DNA of 64,000 nt from contig JAQWQE010000047.1 of the NCBI GenBank assembly GCA_029244925.1, forward strand, positions 1,515-65,514, read 5' to 3'. The translations under genes and the position numbers were made by a program. Shown here piece by piece: positions 61,263 to 64,000 of this stretch. The notes beneath the pieces were generated by a model. That model was not told the origin of the DNA and did not search any database. It was given only the letters and a program-made list of their open reading frames with translations. Each line of letters opens with the position of its first letter. The stretch's first letter is position 1. This DNA comes from Gammaproteobacteria bacterium (GTDB lineage Bacteria; Pseudomonadota; Gammaproteobacteria; Steroidobacterales; UBA11654).

Positions 61263-62582
61263 TTAATTTTCTTTTAATGTGTCTTGATTCACATTATAGA
61301 AAAACATTAATACACAACTAATAATTAAAGTTATGACAGGAAAGCCTGCTGCTGAAAAATATATCATGCTTATTACATTGTCATTTTGTATTGTTTCATT
61401 CGCATTGTATCCAGAGAAACCAAGCATCAGTCCCAAAATAGAAGGGCCAATAGCAAATGAGAGTTTTTCAACCGTTGTGTATACACCTGCTAAAATACCT
61501 TCTCTGCGTTGGCCACTACTTTGAAAGTCATATTGCATGGTGTCAGGAAGCATTGATTGCCCTACTAATAATAAACCACCAGCTCCTATACCTAGAAATA
61601 TACCCCTTGCAATGATTTCAATATTGGTTTCTCCTTGAGAAGCCAATACCCATGATAACGCTCCTAAGCCCCATAGTAATGAAGCCAGGTAATACGAACT
61701 TTTTTTACCAATTCGTGAAACAACACGAACCCAAATAGGTTGAGAGATAAACATTACGCTCCCTTGGATGAGAAAGTAGAAGCCAATGTAACTAAGCGAG
61801 AGACCCATAACTCTTGTAAAAAGATAGGGCAATGAACCTAGAAATATAGCGAACCCAGTCAGTTGAGTAACCTTGATACCCAAAAGTATTGCAAACGGTT
61901 TGACTTGAAATGCTGTTTTAAATTGTTTAAAAAAAGAAGAAGTATTTTGCTGAGTAACCGATGTTTTTATATACGAAGCACTTTTGGTTAATTGAAAACA
62001 GGTCATTCCTGCAAAAATCATAATGATTGCCAAAGAGTTTGCCATGCCAGTATGACCAACGATGCCACTTCCAAAATAAACAACTAAAGCTGGACCCAAA
62101 GCAGATCCTCCCAGTTGACCAGCAGCCACCGCCATAACTCGATAGGAGACGAGATTGGTTCTCGCATTGTAGTCGTTTGTTATTTCTGATGGCATTGCCA
62201 AATAAGGGACATTAAAAACTGTATAGCCAGTCGCATTCAGGACAAGTGCAAACAATGTAATGATTACAATATTAGGCGAATCAGCGAATGCAGCTAGGTT
62301 AAAAAGCAAAATGAAAGACGCAGCACACATGAGTGTACCTAGAAATACATAAGGCCTTCTTTTACCCCAAGGGCTTTTAGTTCGATCACTAATTCTCCCC
62401 ATTATGGGATCAGTTACTGCATCATAAATTTTAGACAAACCAATGAGAAGCCCAGCTGTTGTCGCATCAAGCTTCACAAAGTCAGTTAAATAAAGAAGAA
62501 GGAGTAAGCCAGTAGCTTGGAACATTAGAGAAACTGTTAGTGTTCCAATTCCCCAACCGAATCGTATTTTAAAAGGCAGCAT
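61263..62582 (-). CDS. GPH-family (MelB-like) MFS cation symporter
   Basis: 439 aa polytopic protein with GRISDRTKSPWGKRRPYVFLG, typical of glycoside-pentoside-hexuronide-type carriers. Confidence 0.75.
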   Translation of the reverse strand: MLPFKIRFGWGIGTLTVSLMFQATGLLLLLYLTDFVKLDATTAGLLIGLSKIYDAVTDPIMGRISDRTKSPWGKRRPYVFLGTLMCAASFILLFNLAAFADSPNIVIITLFALVLNATGYTVFNVPYLAMPSEITNDYNARTNLVSYRVMAVAAGQLGGSALGPALVVYFGSGIVGHTGMANSLAIIMIFAGMTCFQLTKSASYIKTSVTQQNTSSFFKQFKTAFQVKPFAILLGIKVTQLTGFAIFLGSLPYLFTRVMGLSLSYIGFYFLIQGSVMFISQPIWVRVVSRIGKKSSYYLASLLWGLGALSWVLASQGETNIEIIARGIFLGIGAGGLLLVGQSMLPDTMQYDFQSSGQRREGILAGVYTTVEKLSFAIGPSILGLMLGFSGYNANETIQNDNVISMIYFSAAGFPVITLIISCVLMFFYNVNQDTLKEN

Positions 62583-62596
62583 ATATTTTCCTTTGA

Positions 62597-63742
62597 TTAA
62601 CTTCTTAACAAGTCCTTAGCAATCATACTTCTCATGGCTTCAGAAGTGCCTTCATATATTCTCATAGGCCTTATATCTCGATAGCAGCGCTCTAATATTG
62701 TTTCATCAGACAAACCAGCAGCACCATGAATTTGCATGGCACGATCCACAATTTTAGCTACCATTTCAGTTGCATATATTTTAGCCATGGCTGTCTGAAT
62801 GAAAACTTTTTCACCTTCTTGTGCTCTTAAGGCAGCATCGTAAACCATCAATCGGCAAGTGTGCAGTTCAATTGCTGAGTCAGCTATCATCCATTGAATG
62901 GCTTGCCTCGAGGACAATGGTTTACCAAAAGTATGTCTTATTTTTGAATAATCTATTGCCATCTCTAAACAACGATCAGCAATACCCATAGCTCTGGCTG
63001 CAATTTGTATTCTTCCAGAGAAAAGATAATCCGTACCAGAACTCCATGCTTCTCCTGGTTTGCCTAATAATTGTTTATTGTCAACCCAACAATTATCAAA
63101 AAATAGCTCATAAGTTGATTGACCATGAATCATTTTTTGCTCTCTGCCAACCTTAAAGCCAGGGGCATCAGCATCAACAATGACCCACTGCATACCTTCA
63201 TGTCTTTGTGTACCCTTTAGTCTGGTTAACACTAAGATAAAACGAGCTGTATTGGCTTTAAAAATCCAACATTTATTGCCATTGATGACCCAACCTCCAT
63301 CTTTTTCTTCAATGGTAGTTTGAATCCCTGCCATGTCTCCTCCAGCAACTGGTTCACTAAAAGCGCTGCTTCCATGAAATTCTCCTTTGACTGAGGGAAC
63401 CATGTATTTATTCTTTTGTTCTTCAGTGCCTAGTTCGTATAGCATCGATGCAAAAGAGGCTGAAAAAACACTGCATCCTGCTGTTGATCTATGGACTTGC
63501 TCAGTGACAATGCAATTGTCTAAAGGTCCTAAGCCAGCACCGCCAGCATCTTCAGGAGTTTCTCTGGCAGTCAGTCCCATTTCATGGACTTTTCCAGTTA
63601 ACTCTAGATACAGGTCTTGAGGGAGCTCATATGAATTAGGCCTTTCCGGTAATTGTGTTTCCAGCGGTATCAGTTCATTATCAACAAAACGTTTTACCGT
63701 ATCTTGCAGCATGATGGTTTCTTCTGGCAGCTTATATTGCAT
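62597..63742 (-). CDS. acyl-CoA dehydrogenase
   Basis: 381 aa. SEPVAGGDMAGIQT, the C-terminal catalytic region IYEGTSEAMR, and overall ACAD length. Confidence 0.88.
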   Translation of the reverse strand: MQYKLPEETIMLQDTVKRFVDNELIPLETQLPERPNSYELPQDLYLELTGKVHEMGLTARETPEDAGGAGLGPLDNCIVTEQVHRSTAGCSVFSASFASMLYELGTEEQKNKYMVPSVKGEFHGSSAFSEPVAGGDMAGIQTTIEEKDGGWVINGNKCWIFKANTARFILVLTRLKGTQRHEGMQWVIVDADAPGFKVGREQKMIHGQSTYELFFDNCWVDNKQLLGKPGEAWSSGTDYLFSGRIQIAARAMGIADRCLEMAIDYSKIRHTFGKPLSSRQAIQWMIADSAIELHTCRLMVYDAALRAQEGEKVFIQTAMAKIYATEMVAKIVDRAMQIHGAAGLSDETILERCYRDIRPMRIYEGTSEAMRSMIAKDLLRS

Positions 63743-63784
63743 TATCTAATCTCTCTCTAATATTATTAAACTCTATTTTGATCA

Positions 63785-64000
63785 TTATTGTTTTAAAAAA
63801 CCAATAAAAGATTCAACCCATTGTTTTGGGTCATCTCTTATTATAAATACAGATCCGCCTTCTATCTCATTGTATTGAAAGTCTTCTCTTAGTTTTTGTA
63901 CTCTAGGCACTATGTAATGCAATGGATCTCCTGTATTGGAGATTAATAGGCAGGACTGTTTAAGGGCTGATAATGTTTGTTTTAAATCATATTGAAATGC
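63785..64000 (-). CDS. 3' end of a gene that runs off the window edge (71 codons plus stop); possibly the C-terminus of an alpha/beta-fold protein
   Basis: My translation of the minus strand is open from 64000 to the TAA at 63785-63787: ...CLLISNTGDPLHYIVPRVQKLREDFQYNEIEGGSVFIIRDDPKQWVESFIGFLKQ*. It is not in the ORF track because it is truncated. Confidence 0.3.
   Translation of the reverse strand, partial: AFQYDLKQTLSALKQSCLLISNTGDPLHYIVPRVQKLREDFQYNEIEGGSVFIIRDDPKQWVESFIGFLKQ

Overview
AT-rich, very tightly packed chromosome segment whose gene order looks gammaproteobacterial (kdsD-lptC-lptB, ibaG-murA, petABC-sspA, rsmI-rnpB-mraZ, lpxC-secA-mutT, zapD-coaE, bamD/rluD). The style is that of a streamlined marine genome: intergenic gaps are tiny, and several convergent gene pairs share their stop codons. 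Positions 1-43 kb are housekeeping: a beta-oxidation operon, LPS export, cytochrome bc1, RNase P RNA, the dcw cell-division/cell-wall cluster, secA, sucCD and aspS. Positions 43-64 kb are accessory: a run of exported or membrane-anchored enzymes, including a clear paraoxonase (PON) family homolog, followed by a TetR-linked catabolic divergon of unknown substrate. I saw no mobile elements, CRISPR arrays, tRNAs, rRNAs or recognisable defence systems. The most unusual locus is the dcw cluster. (1) ftsZ sits between mraZ and rsmH instead of after ftsA. (2) All four Mur ligase genes (murC, murD, murE, murF) are missing from their canonical slots. (3) ddl carries three in-frame TAA/TAG stops but no frameshift. 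Other notable items are a single-chain triple RidA/YjgF fusion (a possible covalent pseudo-trimer) and two identical 19-bp operator-like repeats in the divergon control region. Product calls come from by-eye motif and homolog recognition plus synteny; no database search was run.
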